DNA of 64,000 nucleotides from a virus: IMG/VR virus record IMGVR_UViG_3300029305_001279; one strand, 5' to 3'. Shown piece by piece: positions 61,871 to 64,000 of this stretch (position 1 is its first letter; each line of letters starts with the position of its first letter). The notes under the pieces were generated by a model. It saw only the letters and a program-made list of their open reading frames with translations, ran no database searches and was not told where the DNA came from. The position numbers and the translations under genes were made by a program.

Positions 61871-62662
61871 ATGGGGAAAATGCCGCAACGCATTATATTT
61901 GCGCTTCAAAAAGGCGGTGTCGGTAAGACATCGAGCACGGTAGCAGTGGCGGAGATCATGGCTGCTGCCGGATACAAGGTGCTGGTCGTAGACTTCGACT
62001 CGCAGGGCAATGCGACGAAGATGCTGACAAAGGAGAGTATTTACAAATACTCAGGCCGCACGATCATGGAGGCCATCAAAGAAAGAGCCGTCACGCCATA
62101 TATCGTGAATGTCAAGGAAGGTCTGGATCTGATTCCGGCGGAGGACAAGCTGGCGTTATTTTCCCAGCACATCTATACGAACGATGTCAAGCACCCGTAT
62201 GCGGTGCTGCAGCGTCTGCTGGCTCCTGTGGAGTCCGGCTATGATTTTGTTTTCGTGGACGTGGGACCATCACTGGGCGACCACATGATAAATGCCATCG
62301 TGTATGCCGATCATATCTTTATACCTCTGGACACCGGGGACTTTGCTATGGATGCCATGGTGCGGTTCATCAAGTTCGTGAACGATGCCAGGGAGAAGCG
62401 GTTCACAAGAGCCGAAGTCGGCGGGATCTTCCTGACCATGCGAGACGGCCGGCCGACAAAATATGAGCGGGAGATATCCGAGGGGATCCGTGAAGCATAC
62501 GGCGACCTGATCTTCAAGACGGAGATCCATCGCCGTGTGAAAATCAAAGAAATGTCGTCAGAAGGGGTAGACATCGTGGCACCGGCCATGGAAGACTATC
62601 TGGATCTGACTGAGGAAATACTGCAACGAGTAAGAAAGGAGAAACACCATGAGCAAACATAA
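61871..62662 (+). CDS. parA: ParA/MinD-type partition ATPase
   Basis: 263 aa; deviant Walker A ALQKGGVGKTSST, VLVVDFDSQGN, FVFVDVGPSL. Confidence 0.85.
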   Translation: MGKMPQRIIFALQKGGVGKTSSTVAVAEIMAAAGYKVLVVDFDSQGNATKMLTKESIYKYSGRTIMEAIKERAVTPYIVNVKEGLDLIPAEDKLALFSQHIYTNDVKHPYAVLQRLLAPVESGYDFVFVDVGPSLGDHMINAIVYADHIFIPLDTGDFAMDAMVRFIKFVNDAREKRFTRAEVGGIFLTMRDGRPTKYEREISEGIREAYGDLIFKTEIHRRVKIKEMSSEGVDIVAPAMEDYLDLTEEILQRVRKEKHHEQT

Positions 62663-63005
62663 TTCCGCACGGGATCGCATTGAGCGACTGAAGCGAGAGC
62701 AGGAGGAAGCTGCTGCAAAGGGCAACACCATCGCGGATGCCAATGCCAACCTGGTAGAGCAGTTGACCCACGAGGAGGCCGGAGATCCGGACTTCGCTGC
62801 AATCGCCGATAAGCTGAAGGCGAACCTGGACATGGAGAAGGAGCCGTCCTTCCTGGAAGGCACTACAAAGTTCACCATCTACGTTGACAACGAGGTGGCG
62901 GAAGCCTTCAAGGCCCTGTGCGTCAAGCGCGGCGATCAGCGCCGGTACGCTACGCAGGCTTTCAGCGATTTTATCGTAAAGAAGATGAAGGAACTCGGTC
63001 TGTAA
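62649..63005 (+). CDS. putative ribbon-helix-helix centromere-binding partner (ParG-like)
   Basis: 118 aa overlapping the parA end; charged disordered N-half, C-terminal KFTIYVDNEVAEAFKALCVKRGDQRRYATQAFSDFIVKKMKE looks like a strand-helix-helix fold. Confidence 0.5.
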   Translation: MSKHNSARDRIERLKREQEEAAAKGNTIADANANLVEQLTHEEAGDPDFAAIADKLKANLDMEKEPSFLEGTTKFTIYVDNEVAEAFKALCVKRGDQRRYATQAFSDFIVKKMKELGL

Positions 63006-63006
63006 C

Positions 63007-63061
63007 CTGTCAAAATTCTGACACAGAATAGTCACAAAAATGTCAATAGAATAAAATGTCA
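63007..63061. repeat. short repeats downstream of the par operon (candidate centromere/operator)
   Basis: TGTCAA at 63007, 63040, 63056; inverted repeat ATTCTG-aca-CAGAAT at 63014-63028. Confidence 0.4.
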
Positions 63062-63062
63062 A

Positions 63063-63096
63063 ACAGCCACAGGATGCCGTCCCGTGGCTGTTTTTT
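63063..63096 (+). terminator. rho-independent terminator
   Basis: acagccac...gtggctgt hairpin followed by TTTTTT. Confidence 0.7.
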
Positions 63097-63187
63097 CGTT
63101 TTTTCGCTCCAAGATATACCATGGAACAGGTGTACGCTTTGTTGTATTATTGTCATATATGATAATTTTCAGTAATATAATCCCCCG

Positions 63188-64000
63188 CTACAGCGACCAC
63201 TCAATGCGCAGCTCTCCCTCAGCGTTGATATACACTCCGTCGATTAGCTGGAAAAGAAAAGATCTCCTACCGCGCAGATTGGCTGCCTCCCAAGAAAATG
63301 CCGCATCCCGAAGTACCGTTTTGAATCCGCTAACATCAAAATACCTCGGTGCATCCGCCTGAGACTTCGGCATGATGCGCATACGTTCAGCGTGCGCTTT
63401 ATCGATTCTTTCTGCTATCTCCCCCACGGACGTCAGCTGGTCGTACTGCAGCAGATCCATGAGCTTATTTATTTCCGCATCCAATCGCTCGACCTCAACA
63501 GACCTGCTGCTGTCAGAGCTGCCATCGCTGGCGGCTCTTTTTTTTATAACGTCTTCCACCAACTCCGGTTCCCGGATCAGACGCAGGACTTCCTCCTCCA
63601 CCATGGTGTCCAGTGTGGACATGGGAATATGAGGTGCCTTGCAATTAGGGTCCTTCACCATGTTTTTGGCCTTCTTTGCGCGGCTGTGGCAGGAATACAC
63701 CACCTTTTTGTTCGGGCGCTTATTAGGGAAGTACCTGGCATTGCAGCAATCACAGTAAACGATCCCAGTCAGGAGATAATCGCTGTCCCCGGATGCCTCT
63801 GCATGGCGCAGTCGCTTCCGGCGGGACTTGACCTTCCGGTTCAGCTCCTCCGGCACGATGGCTTCATGCTGCCCCCGCTCCAGGACACCATCGAAGTGGA
63901 TGTATCCGGCATACAGCGGATTATCCAGGACATTGCCGACGGTGCCGGTGTGGGACCAGTCACCATGCTTTGTCGTGCGGCCTTCCATCCGCCGGGAGAT
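63188..64000 (-). CDS. large serine recombinase (integrase), C-terminal part; N-terminus beyond window
   Basis: Minus-strand ORF open to the window edge; recombinase domain, zinc ribbon VYCDCCNARYFPN....YSCHSRAKK....DPNCKAP and coiled-coil tail, typical of phage large serine integrases. Confidence 0.85.
   Translation of the reverse strand: MSRRMEGRTTKHGDWSHTGTVGNVLDNPLYAGYIHFDGVLERGQHEAIVPEELNRKVKSRRKRLRHAEASGDSDYLLTGIVYCDCCNARYFPNKRPNKKVVYSCHSRAKKAKNMVKDPNCKAPHIPMSTLDTMVEEEVLRLIREPELVEDVIKKRAASDGSSDSSRSVEVERLDAEINKLMDLLQYDQLTSVGEIAERIDKAHAERMRIMPKSQADAPRYFDVSGFKTVLRDAAFSWEAANLRGRRSFLFQLIDGVYINAEGELRIEWSL

Overview
The window is one contiguous temperate phage genome segment, either an integrated prophage or a phage-plasmid, from a moderately GC-rich Firmicute-like host. 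About 95 tightly packed + strand genes have strong GGAGG-type Shine-Dalgarno (SD) sites. The only credible minus-strand gene is a large serine recombinase truncated at the right edge.

Gene order, left to right:
- Early and regulatory genes: ParB-like, YkgJ-like, MazG-like, Myb/SANT-like, sigma-region-4-like and HTH proteins.
- Replication: a prim-pol-like initiator and RecU.
- A terS-like gene.
- Two C5 DNA methyltransferases.
- A tRNA island: Thr-UGU, Gly-UCC, Lys-UUU and one aberrant tRNA-like gene.
- terL and portal.
- An inserted fibre/lysin block: CotH-like protein, beta-helix spike with IMC domain, Amidase_3 endolysin.
- MuF, followed by head-associated polyvalent cargo proteins: JAB-like domains, a 2H phosphoesterase, an XkdF-like protease and an ADP-ribosyltransferase.
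- Scaffold, decoration and major capsid proteins.
- A PBSX-type contractile tail and baseplate (XkdK/M/N...U-like), fibres and holin.
- Small accessory genes under repeated promoter cassettes (Lar, DUF551, YopX and others).
- A SleB-like hydrolase, SSB, ParA with an RHH partner, and the integrase.

The most notable signal is several apparent translational recoding events:
- Three copies of the same shifty-stop +1 frameshift site (TTC CCC TRA C). One splits a DNA methyltransferase. Two link head-cargo modules, exactly restoring a conserved D-x-F-D-x-I...KFNP[YF]HD..GRF junction.
- An in-frame TAG inside the terL Walker A loop, flanked by matched GGT codons.
- A start-less +1-frame extension of the tail chaperone.

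Other points of interest:
- A purine-rich non-coding tract of about 0.8 kb packed with A[AT]GGC motifs, lying between a protein with a RAMP-like glycine loop and the ParB-like gene.
- An aberrant tRNA-like gene followed by about 375 nt of unassigned sequence.
- A circularly permuted C5 methyltransferase.
- Repeated terminator-promoter-leader and hairpin-RBS cassettes.
- A partition module co-resident with an integrase.

All calls rest on reading the sequence and remembered family signatures. No database search was run.
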